A stretch of DNA of 63,430 nucleotides, the filler included, from Corallochytrium limacisporum Hawaii (Eukaryota; Protista; Pluriformea), in NCBI GenBank assembly GCA_002811645.1. It is 6 parts of 6 records of this genome, joined end to end, with 100 filler letters (N's around TTAATTAATTAA, not from the genome) between each part and the next. Parts side by side here need not be neighbours in the genome. Positions count along the whole stretch, not along the records: positions 1 to 30,638 come from PDIP01000030.1; positions 30,739 to 47,566 come from PDIP01000171.1; 4 more parts are not named here. One strand, 5' to 3'. Every line of letters starts with the position of its first letter. Position 1 is the first letter of the stretch. Made by a program: the position numbers and the translations under genes. Shown piece after piece: positions 21,901 through 33,700 of the stretch. The notes below the pieces were generated by a model. That model was not told the DNA's origin, searched no databases, and was given only the letters and a program-made list of their open reading frames with translations.

Positions 21901-24091
21901 AAAAATGGACTCTCTGGAGGTCATTAAGACCCTTTCTACAGTGCGCGGGAGCAGCAACTTCCAAAACTTCATTGAGCCTCTGTTCGCGCATCGCATGTCC
22001 ATGGAGAAAGACCTCGCTTTCGACAGCCGCAACGAAACTCGATTGCAGCTGGCTAGTCGTAAGTCCAAGACTAGGATCGAAGACGTGGGCTTAAATATGC
22101 AAAGCCTAGTGCTTAGGCAGCGCATGATGCTGGGCATCCAAAGCCTCTTGTCTACCCGGGGAGCAATTCAGTGCCCTGTCCCCTTGCTCGAACCGCATGG
22201 TGAATTGACGCACCCCCGCAACCTTGTGGGGAAGGCGGGATCTCTGGTTATGGATTCAACGGGCACATTGATGTGGCTGCCACAAACCTACAAGACCAAT
22301 TTAGCCAGAACGCTGGTAAGAGCTGGTTTATTGAACGCGAAGACCTATGGCTTCGTAGACAGTTTCCGTGACTCTTTGATAGACACCCATCCATTCCAAC
22401 TGTCTCAGCTGGAGTATGATATTGTCACACAGGATGCTTCTTTGGCATCGCGCATTTGGGAGTGTCTAGAGTTCCTGGATGACCTGGTCAATGATTTTCC
22501 GGCCACACGCTCAAAGACATGGAAGGTGATCATGTCCTGCACGGAGGTTTGGAATGCCCTGAAAGACTGCTCTGCGGAACGGGATAAGGATAACATTGAC
22601 TCGGTGCTAGATTCATGTCTTGCTGGTCAACGGGATGGTATTGCGTGGCGCCAGATCCGTCCCAAGGTCCTCACCAAGTTGCAGCCTACCACAATCGACT
22701 TGCTAGACTCCATCATGGACACGCGGAAGACCAGTGTGGAGAAATGGGCAGAGCAGATCCTCAAGACGTTTCAACCATACGAGAAAACCGTGCTCGCAGC
22801 TGGAAACGTTTGCCGTAAGGTGCGAAAAGTGGCTACGGAGTGGCGTACACTGCTGAATGACGAGGACCGTCAACTGCGGCACCTGGATTTATACTTTTTG
22901 GGCAGCCACCTCAGCAATCATTCCTACTATCATGGCACCTTCTTTCATGTCACCAGTGATACGAATGAGTACCTTGCACACGGTGGCGACTACAGCCAGC
23001 ATCTTCAGCAGTATTCCGTCCTCGCACCGCGGCAACTGGTCGATGCGGCTACTACGGCTAGAATTACGGGCCTGACTGTCAACTTCGAGTGGTTACACGC
23101 ATGCGAGTTCAGACATTTAGTGTCCGAGAAATCAGATGTTCAGCGCAACGCACTTTTGCCGATTGCGGACGTCGTGATCGCTGTGGCACCTAGTAGCAGT
23201 TCCTCGCAGGGCAGCGGCAGCAGTCGACCACGCACCCTACAGCATCAGATTGTCAAGTATTTGGAACGCAGCGGAATGCGTCCTTTGGCGCTACAAGACC
23301 CAGTCCCTGTGTCTCAGTCCTTCGAAGATATGCGACGGCAGTGCACACGGTATGGTGCAAACATCATGTTGCACATTCAAGAGCGTGGTCATGTGAATGA
23401 CCATGCTCTCATTTTGCGTACAATGGACCCCAGATCCCAGAAGCAGGTTCGCATCGACCAATTGGTACCGACTCTGTATCAGAGCCTCAGTACCCGATTA
23501 CAAACACTGACCACCAAGGACCACTCTTACGACGACCAGACGGCCGAGGTACAAGTCACACCGTCGGACTCTGTGCGCTACACTCCACAGAGGTGCCAAG
23601 ACTGGCTCGGACCCTGCAGTCTGGTTAATGCATTGGCTCTGCCGGACGAAGTTGTGTCCTCTTGCTTCGGATCGAGCATGTCACCTGGTGCTGGCAGCGG
23701 TTCCATGCCACTGACCTCTGATAACGCTATCAAGCAACCACGGATCTCCGGGGAAGTGGTGGATGACAATACGCACGCTCGGAAGAAGCAGATATTGGCA
23801 TCGGCACAGCACAAGGTTTTGGAACGGTACCAGACGCCATCACAAGCAGGCAGCGGCGAGGTGTATGTCGTCAGCGCCGCCCTCACCAACGCTGAAGCCT
23901 GTCTAATTGCCAATGGGTTTCTGGACTATGTCACACTGCAGACTACTGGCAAGCACCGCAAGCATTGCGCGGACACAAAGGATGCTCTGGAGGCTGTGGA
24001 GAAGTCGTTCAAGCAGAAGGGTACGTATGTGCCTCTATTCTTGCATTCACACACAGAACATGGAGTGTTCGAGGTGCCGTACCGTGTGTAA
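18989..24091 (+). CDS. GCN2: eIF2-alpha kinase GCN2 (EIF2AK4)
   Basis: 1700-aa intronless ORF. RWD domain (YPTAPP, MIFDL), charged coiled coil, pseudokinase, kinase (SRFVTDFE...LGKGSFGSVMKARNRLDGRLYALK, LFIQMEYC, DFG, GTAMYMSPE, RFETGMER) and a diverged HisRS-like C-terminal region (YYHG...LAHGGDY). Confidence 0.93.
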   Translation: MPPPPKPKHDYDALAERRKDELAALASIFMDDYTYNVQETNIWGQPSRNKNAEERAVGLVQLRLQPVTSQVSRQHQVTASLQVRLGHLYPTAPPTVTIVDAKGISPETVEKLNREINRKAAELVPNEMIFDLAEWLRNRLRDFDVPVLSFHDEMEARKQREREEQERQRLRQEKEAEQKAKEEKENMTALRSDLERLEVDLLSQEQQHLKKGHADRYRQPMESKTLFASLYLGKELGISTYSRMTCLAFDTRRGEAVVVKRFRFGSAGSGDPSDSMNREQGGGSLAGYVAAQLNTLLERHWRGLSRLRHRHLLQVLDYRMEGSESDIMLEFLLPHCGGGTAAKSMRALTTSSGKPIFGNMWSLLTDVAEALCCLHEHNLYYGRPILLHNILIDGSGSVRLSDYHPFGALDTLAWEVNEDVSPHNHLLEEVPKPPVELSTFGSPDRGSDRKGNPDLMKQRQDLWYFGCLVAQVLLLGDTHGKSNVVEVVEASRRQRRESLPFELPTCFQNALFACLVVTDDNLDSDMEDILILMRETPEEALEMRSVNSHQLEISFAESDVGNEEGSSSDSEGWFSFQPPQANLDLQESIEETNRPSVVPKTRDSSSYSDITPAGTEHTATSRGRTSFNDTSDASTSNVVPNTATSRSRFVTDFETICFLGKGSFGSVMKARNRLDGRLYALKRLFVHGRIGKDGKLMREVMLLSRLHHNYIVRYYQAWQETASADVSAIFQRTPMASEANTPHGTSKDTTSITNMGAILFIQMEYCNGTLRELIDSGIFVDKIQGQSNFNRVLSQMLDALNYIHHKGIIHRDLNPNNVFIDANNNVKIGDFGLALNYEANVTPEQREEAALSAERMTGSMRTGSSVVGTAMYMSPELISRTSSSATMKYSAKCDMYSVGIMVLEMVHRFETGMERARSLTAARSPEIQLPVKLAAPWAGEQQYEIMRWCLQHNPEKRPTAKDLYYSSLIPPKMDSLEVIKTLSTVRGSSNFQNFIEPLFAHRMSMEKDLAFDSRNETRLQLASRKSKTRIEDVGLNMQSLVLRQRMMLGIQSLLSTRGAIQCPVPLLEPHGELTHPRNLVGKAGSLVMDSTGTLMWLPQTYKTNLARTLVRAGLLNAKTYGFVDSFRDSLIDTHPFQLSQLEYDIVTQDASLASRIWECLEFLDDLVNDFPATRSKTWKVIMSCTEVWNALKDCSAERDKDNIDSVLDSCLAGQRDGIAWRQIRPKVLTKLQPTTIDLLDSIMDTRKTSVEKWAEQILKTFQPYEKTVLAAGNVCRKVRKVATEWRTLLNDEDRQLRHLDLYFLGSHLSNHSYYHGTFFHVTSDTNEYLAHGGDYSQHLQQYSVLAPRQLVDAATTARITGLTVNFEWLHACEFRHLVSEKSDVQRNALLPIADVVIAVAPSSSSSQGSGSSRPRTLQHQIVKYLERSGMRPLALQDPVPVSQSFEDMRRQCTRYGANIMLHIQERGHVNDHALILRTMDPRSQKQVRIDQLVPTLYQSLSTRLQTLTTKDHSYDDQTAEVQVTPSDSVRYTPQRCQDWLGPCSLVNALALPDEVVSSCFGSSMSPGAGSGSMPLTSDNAIKQPRISGEVVDDNTHARKKQILASAQHKVLERYQTPSQAGSGEVYVVSAALTNAEACLIANGFLDYVTLQTTGKHRKHCADTKDALEAVEKSFKQKGTYVPLFLHSHTEHGVFEVPYRV

Positions 24092-24460
24092 GGTGGACTG
24101 CACTTCGGGGCCCCCATCTCTCAAGAGCCGAAGAAGGAAATGTTCTCCTACTCCGGCTGGGGGAGAAGGGGGGTTGGAAGGGGGGGAGTGTGAGGGGTTT
24201 AAGCTAACTCTCAAATGGACGCAACCGGAACACCAGATTCAAAATGACCTTAACGGCCGCCGTCCGAAGCTTCACGTAGTGCCCTCCATAGAAGCAAAAC
24301 CAAATCTTGTAGAACACAGTAGATTAGACAGGGATCATTCATTCGAATTTTCGGTGAAGTATTAAAGAACTAAAGAGTTCAATGTACAAAGACAAGAGGT
24401 TGATATCTCTTGACAGGATCTGCGCATACCTAGTCTGTTTGCGAATGGCCACAGAAAGAC

Positions 24461-25408
24461 ATGACCGATAACATTACGAAAAACATACAAGCGGCTGAAG
24501 CTGCTATGAAGACCGGCTTCTTCAAGCGGACTCCAGACTACGCCGCCGCGGCTGCTTTCTATGATAAGGCAGCCAAAGAAATGGCTCTGAAGGGACAGAA
24601 GAATGAAGCGATCGCTGTGTACACCAAGGCATGTGAGGCGCACAAAGGCGCCAATTCGTTGTTTGGTGTCGGAAAGTCACTCGAGCTGGCTTCATCCATT
24701 GCCAAAGACCTTGGACTCTGGGAAAATTTTGTTGATTTCACTGACCGTGCCGCAAGTGCATACGCAGAGAATGGGTCCCCTGATAGTGCTACTGGGCTGC
24801 TTGAGAAGAATGCAAAGCATTTGGAAGGCAAGGATGACATGAAGGCCGCTGAATTCTATCTCCGGGCCTGTCGCTACGCAGAGATTGAAGAGAAGTACCT
24901 GACTCATGCATACAAGCGGGCTGTTGCCATGTATATTCGGTCAAACGCAATGTCCGAGTTGAAGGAAGCTCTGAAGAACTACGCCGATTGCATGAGGACT
25001 TTCGGGCAAATTGATATGTTGCACCAGATATATCTTGAACAGATCGTAGCTTTTTTGAAGGCAGACAGGGACTACGTGGCGGCCAATCGGTACTTTAACG
25101 AAGTTGCAGGCAACAACAGCTTTGGATTGAGTGAATGCGGTTTAGCAGCACAGCAGCTGCTCCAGGCTTGGGACGAGACAGATCAGGAGGCTTGGGATAG
25201 ACTAGCAAGGACTTCGCCTGTCAAGTACCTGGACAATGAAGTGCTTAAGATGATCAGATCCATGAGGGTACCAGGAGAAGGCAAGAAGAAGGCCCCGATG
25301 TCCGCGACTGCAGATGATAATGCCACGACTAGTCTTCCGACCGGTGCATCCACATCAGGTACAGTTGCTGCCGCCGCTGAAGAAGAAGATGACGAGGATC
25401 TTTTGTAA
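24461..25408 (+). CDS. NAPG: Gamma-soluble NSF attachment protein (gamma-SNAP)
   Basis: 315 aa. AEAAMKTGFFKRTPDYAAAAAFYDKAA N-terminus, DYVAA, LLQAWDETD, KYLDNE and acidic C-terminus EEEDDEDLL typical of gamma-SNAP. Confidence 0.88.
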   Translation: MTDNITKNIQAAEAAMKTGFFKRTPDYAAAAAFYDKAAKEMALKGQKNEAIAVYTKACEAHKGANSLFGVGKSLELASSIAKDLGLWENFVDFTDRAASAYAENGSPDSATGLLEKNAKHLEGKDDMKAAEFYLRACRYAEIEEKYLTHAYKRAVAMYIRSNAMSELKEALKNYADCMRTFGQIDMLHQIYLEQIVAFLKADRDYVAANRYFNEVAGNNSFGLSECGLAAQQLLQAWDETDQEAWDRLARTSPVKYLDNEVLKMIRSMRVPGEGKKKAPMSATADDNATTSLPTGASTSGTVAAAAEEEDDEDLL

Positions 25409-26009
25409 GTCCACAACTAGCAGCTTGGTCACCCCCCTGTGATTAGAACCAATGACAAAACTCATTAACAGGTGCTTCGGCTTTATAATGTAGTTCTTTT
25501 GTTTTTTTAATCGACCAATTTGTCTTGAACAGTTTGGAATGCTCTCGCTTGTTTGTGAGTGTTTCTGTTCTTGGAACGTGCGAAAATGATCTACGCATGA
25601 TTGCATCCACATCAGGTACAGTTGCTGCCGCCGCTGAAGAAGAAGATGACGAGGATCTTTTGTAAGTCCACAACTAGCAGCTTGGTCACCCCNNNNNNNN
25701 NNNNNNNNNNNNNNNNNNNNNNNNNNNNNNNNNNNNNNNNNNNNNNNNNNNNNNNNNNNNNNNNNNNNNNNNNNNNNNNNNNNNNNNNNNNNNNNNNNNN
25801 NNNNNNNNNNNNNNNNNNNNNNNNNNNNNNNNNNNNNNNNNNNNNNNNNNNNNNNNNNNNNNNNNNNNNNNNNNNNNNNNNNNNNNNNNNNNNNNNNNNN
25901 NNNNNNNNNNNNNNNNNNNNNNNNNNNNNNNNNTTGAACAGTTTGGAATGCTCTCGCTTGTTTGTGAGTGTTTCTGTTCTTGGAACGTGCGAAAATGATC
26001 TACGCATGA
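25345..26009 (+). repeat. Direct duplication of the gamma-SNAP 3' end/3'UTR around a gap (probable scaffolding artefact)
   Basis: 25345-25435 is repeated exactly at 25602-25692, and 25525-25600 is repeated at 25934-26009, on either side of N gap 25693-25933. Confidence 0.85.
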
Positions 26010-26055
26010 CGAAGCAAGGGGCATGAAATCGAAATAAAGTAATATGAAACGTGTC

Positions 26056-28113
<2,058 letters not shown>

Positions 28114-30638
28114 CTACCAACCGCTAGAAGACATACATAGTGATCGAACCCAAACTTTGGAGGGTAAGAGATATGCAGTCGTTCCTTGAATACCTCTTCA
28201 TGATCCTGTTTGGGAACCGCAATAAAGTGGGAATTGTTGAAGAAAGCAGTCCCAGGAGATACCAAACCCACAGTGTCCGCTTGAGACCTTCTTTGGAGTC
28301 AGATCACTTTACACTGCTTGAAATGGACGTCTCTTGGGCCACCTATGAATGTTTTGATGTGTCCCCGTCGGGTCGCTCCGGGTAGGGAAAAACAGTCCTC
28401 ACCTCATCCCTATCCGAGAAAATTTCAAAATTGCCAACTTCCTTTGGGGTGTTGCGGCACTGCTGATCATTTTCGTCTAAACGATTTTGCCGCACCCTCC
28501 TCTGCTGCCAAAACCTTGACAGCGATCATTGCAACGCACTGCTTTCTGGATAGCGAGGGATGCACTCTTGCACGACATTGTGATTCCCAGCAATTCATCG
28601 ATTTCTTTCACCGAAGTGTCTGAAACTCTGTGTGTTGCTCAGCTCCCCCGGCCATTGCGGATTTCTAGGGAAGAATGTACACAAGAAAAAAGTAACAACA
28701 ACAAAAAATGGGGATATAGATGAATATGCAGGAAGTATTACCCCCCTCCCCGCTCCTTTTTTGCGCGCGGGTGAGCGCTTGAAGGCTCTCTCTCCCTGCA
28801 GCAATCCTTCTCGTACGCGGGTTTGGGGACCCAGTACGGGGAGAAGTTCCATTGAACAGAAAGCGTCGAATGGTTCGTGGAGCCGTTGCCAACCCTGATT
28901 GTTGAGACATGCTGAGTTTTGATTCCCATATGCAGAGTATTGGAGTACGAACGCAACAAAGTAAGACCGACAATGGCGTTATTTACCGTGGTACCTCGGC
29001 CTGCGTAGGTAAGGCTCGCTTGCGTATGCGGGGAGGGTGGCGGTATAAGCCGAGGTCGATTCCCCCGGTATTCAAACAATGGAAAAAACCATCCAATCGT
29101 TGTGCTCCAAACGGGGATGGCTCGGACTCGAAAAGGCAAGTCACTTTTAGGGGAGCTGGCAACTCAAGTGTACCCTCCGGCAAAAAAAAATCTAGACAAG
29201 AAACGCCAAAGAAATAATGGTAAGAATTTGTATATAGAAGACACATCTGCAGGAAAGAATTTTCTGTTCAGATGTTTTCACCCACCATTTTATGAATTCA
29301 ACGATGGACTCGTCAGCAACACATTTCGTGTAGATGCGCGTCGTCAGGAGGGGGGGGGCAAGACGATGGTGATATTTCTTTTTGGACATCCCTAGTTTCT
29401 AAGTTCTTTTCATACCGCGCCCGACATTGAAGTATACAATGGCACTTAATGGTGTTATCGTGTCTCCACTGATTGCGAACTCGGATTCGAAAACAACCCC
29501 TCCCCCAACCCCCTCTCGCACTCAAACAAGAACTGCAAAGGCGGGTTCTCCTATTCAACGCAGATCAAGCGACTTCCACGTTGTTTTCGCTCGTAGTGTC
29601 TTAGCAAACATGGAAACGAACAAGGCCATGTCATCTTTGGATTAGATGCTTGGAATGTTTGTCCATCGGGCAATCAGTGAGGGACAGTGTGATAGCTAAC
29701 GAACTATGAATTTAGTGAACACAAAGGGAAACTTTGAACTGGCTCTGGTATAGAACACGGGACAGCGCATCGGCTCTGTCCTTGATCGGGGTGTGGGCGG
29801 AAGGGCAGGGTCTCCATACTGAATGTGAGGGTCCCGAATACGTAACACCGAGAGTACTTGACGTGAAGGGAACACGTCGGAAAACCAACGCTGCCGGCGC
29901 GAAACATTCACCACCTTTGCCCCGCTCGTCAGAAATGAAAAATATATTTGCCGGCTGGTGAGAGAAGTGATGAATTCAGTCTTCATGGAGAGAGTCCCTA
30001 ACTCTTGACATTTAGGGAAAAAGCTCGTCTCGTTTGGTGACTTGCGGCTAAAATTAATTGCAGATCGTATGCGCAGCTTCCAACGAGACATGCTGTCCTT
30101 ACCTCTGTACCGGCATCCCACCAGAGCGTGCCACTACCAACCATTTCCAGATCGTTGGAATTTTCTCGAGGTGGCCTACCTATTTATTTAACAAAGAGAA
30201 GTCCTCCAATTCGCCTGCTGTGCATTGGCAGAGGATGTACAAAACTTTGGGATGGGTATGGCATGCAACAGTACCATTCCAACAAATGGTAACCTGTTAA
30301 TAACCATGGCATGTGCATGCTACTTTGCCTTGTAGCTGATCCAGCGGGATCGTTGTCCAACTATGCGAGCCCGGTGACCCTACGGAGGGCCCGTTGATGT
30401 TGATGTTTTGTTCTTATTCTTTCACTTGGAAGCCGTTGTAACGATTCCCCTCCACCACATTCAATCCCTTCGCATTGGCTCTGCCGCGCACTAACAAATC
30501 TTGTCTTCGCCGTGTTGTCGACCGGGTTTTGGACCCCATTCCCACTCTGGAAGGGGTTCTTACGATAAGTGATACCACCCTCTGTCTGAGAATATTGTAT
30601 CAAATCTACTCATTTTGATTTAGCTCTGCCGTCGCTTG

Positions 30639-30738
30639 NNNNNNNNNNNNNNNNNNNNNNNNNNNNNNNNNNNNNNNNNNNNTTAATTAATTAANNNNNN
30701 NNNNNNNNNNNNNNNNNNNNNNNNNNNNNNNNNNNNNN
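30639..30738. other. Artificial scaffold-joining linker (N44-TTAATTAATTAA-N44)
   Basis: Six-frame stop linker. Identical copies at 47567-47666, 54298-54397, 60974-61073 and 62269-62368. Confidence 0.97.
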
Positions 30739-33700
30739 GGGGGCTCCCAGCTTGTTTCCCTTTTCCGGCCTAAAGGCGCCATTCCCTCCACGTCGAAATA
30801 ACCCCTTGTGGCCGCGCCCACATACCTCTTATGCTGTGTGGCTCTTTAGTGAGCGTAGGCCAACCCCCGCCCCTCCTCCTGTTTCTCTCTCCGCCTGCTC
30901 TCCAAAAGGCCGTGCCACTCAACACCGCCTGGCCGCTGGTGGGGAGGGGTTTGTGTGTGTGGGGGTGTTTTGCTGGCTTCGTGAAATTCGACTCCCGCTT
31001 GCGGGGCCCCAGTTTGGTGGGTGAAAGCACGCTGCGACACACACAACAGGGGTCCTGCAACCCACCGGTCCACCACACAGACCCAAACCCCAAAGCCAGC
31101 AGGCAGTGCTGCAGTGGCAGATGCGAGCACATCCTTGACCACCACAAGAAGCAGTGCCTTGGAGTTTGTGCAGGAATCCAACATCGTACGAATCATGCAC
31201 TAATACGTCACAGCGCTGCTAGGGTAAATGTGATCTCGGTAACTGTGTGCCTGGTGCGGGCTCCGGGGAGTGGTGTTGGGTTGACTGGAAGACCTGCAGC
31301 GGGTCATACCGTCACGAAGGGAGCAACACGCAGTGCAAGTACATTGAAAGCACTCCAACATCGTGATTGTCATGTCAATTTGCCTACTCAGACAGATGAA
31401 TTGCCGGTATCCAAGTGCCCTTGAGGCCACTTCCAGAAGCACACAATACCTGCACAAATGGTCCCTGGATGTTTTCGGATGGATTAATAAAGTATGAGAC
31501 AAGTGAGCTCTCCGTAAGTCATGTCGAAACACATCAAGTTCGAGGAGGTGTCCGTGAAGAGCGAAGAACTGGGGACGATTGTTGCCGGACACCCGTTTCC
31601 CGATGATGAACGCGGCCCTGGCTGGCACCTGCCCTTCCAGTGGTCGGCCTTTCCCAAATTGGGCAGAGCAGAGGCAGGATAAAATTTGACTCCCAATCAA
31701 AGCTAGCCTGCGAGGTTTCGCTTCTTCGCTTCGGGGCTATCGGGGGCGTTTCAGCGGGTCCTCCGGACATGATTTCTCGCTCAGATACACCCACCGACAC
31801 CTACTGGTCGAGACAGGGTGTAGCACTGCGTGCATGGACGACCAATTGTCGTATTGATTTCGTGGCTCCAATGATCAATGTACCGGCTCATACAGCGGTG
31901 TCCCAACGTCTGTTCTCTCGTCCGCTACCCTCCATAGGGGTCAAAATACTGCTACAAAGATCTCCTAGGATGCGCGGGCGTAAAATTGGTGGCACATCGC
32001 ACCTTGAATTTTTTTCTCCATACCCAACCAGTAGTAAATCAAGGACCACATGGCCCTCCCAGCTCTCATCACTTCTCTCGCTTCCTTAGCGTGTTTCTCT
32101 GTCCGGGGATGCTTCGACAAAACCAAGCAGTGCCTCTGGATCCGTCATCAATCATCGTGTTCAGGAGGAACTGTGGATATCCGCGTGGCGGGTGCGGGTC
32201 CATGTCATGGAACTAATCATTCGGTTATCGTCAGTTGATCATCTACAGGCGAGTTTGGGAGAATGGAAACTGGTGTGGGTCGGACGGAACGGCCTCGTCA
32301 GCGTAAGAGATCGTCAAGGGTTCTACCGGTAAGTGGTAACCTACTGTTCGTCCCGAACTTTGCTGGTCCAATGCCTCTACGCGGGTCATATTGATGCTGT
32401 GTAAACAAAGAACTGCAACACTTCCTGCACATACCGTTACATCTACGCACTTGCACGGGTGGGCACCTTCCTTGCCAATGAACACAAAGCCCAGGCCACC
32501 ATCTTCATGAACATGAAGACGAGACTCTGTTGGAGGGTTGTAGATGGAGATGTCGTCGCAGAAAGAAGAAGAACGCGATCTGTTTCTGTGGATGTTAGAT
32601 GACGCATGTACGAATACCAGGCCCGTACTGTAGCCCGTACTGTGGTCTAGTGGTAAACGAAGATGTGGTTGGCACAAAACCCCAGGTGAGTCAGATCGTA
32701 GTTCTCCACCTCGTTGGACACTGCGTACAAGAGAACGTTGTTTACAGTCCTCCCGCTGGGGAACCATTGGGCAGCCCGCCTCGCCTGTGCTCGCGTTCTG
32801 ACGGTACCGGATTCCATCGCACAAACCCAAGAATGTATTCCAAACCTCCAGTATGTTCTGACCTACTCGGTTGCACTTGGTGTGACCAAATTTGGGGCCG
32901 GCGCGGGAAGGGAGAATGAGCGAAATTCGTTCCGATTGGTTCTCTCCGAGTGCAAAACTGAGAGGCGGGAGGGGAGGAAACAGGTTGGTCCCAAGTCTTC
33001 AAACGCCCGGCTGTGACTCCGGCTTGCAGGCATTCGCTAAACTCCATCTGCTGAAACACGCAACTTTTCGCGCAGTATTACCGTGTTTCGCCGTGGGTCT
33101 GCGTACTAAAGGGTGGGAATCAATAGTTCTTGGCTTGCCGCTCAGTTCCCGTTTGTAATTTCTTCTCAACCGTTCCATTGTCTTCCGTCGTTCCCCACCC
33201 CGCCTGGCTGAGGTGTTGGGTGTTCGGCACTGTGAGGAGGCCCCGGACGTTTCTACTGCCGCCTGGGCATATCAATGGCCAAGAGTCTTCCTAGTATGCG
33301 TGTGGGATGGATGAGCACATTACAACTAGTGATTTGGCGCCGTGGATGGCGCTGGCATGATTAGAAACCAGAGCCTTCGGATGCTCAAGCCAATGTGAGC
33401 ACCCGTAGAGTTTCTGGAACGACGGGTTGCTTTTAACCCATTAGCAATATTCTTTGGATAATCATCGACAGCACCTTCATTGCATACAATTGGAAGCCAT
33501 AGCGTTGTTATAGGAGGCTTGCTCATCCCATGGGATTGGCCACAAACTTTGAGTGTCGTATGCAATTGGTAACATTTGTTCATAGTCTTGTAAGCCTGGA
33601 AGCGGAGTCGTCACAGTTCCTGTCCGGACGGGTGAGAGTGTCCGCAATGGAAAGGTTCTTCTACTCATGGTGAATACTGAACGTGTTGCCCGTTCTTCCA

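Noticed and set aside
25602-26009. Second copy of the gamma-SNAP C-terminus
   Set aside because: Exact duplicate straddling an N gap, most likely overlapping contig ends.
30639-30738. Palindromic TTAATTAATTAA repeated five times in the window
   Set aside because: It is always centred in exactly 44+44 Ns, so it is an artificial concatenation linker and not biology.
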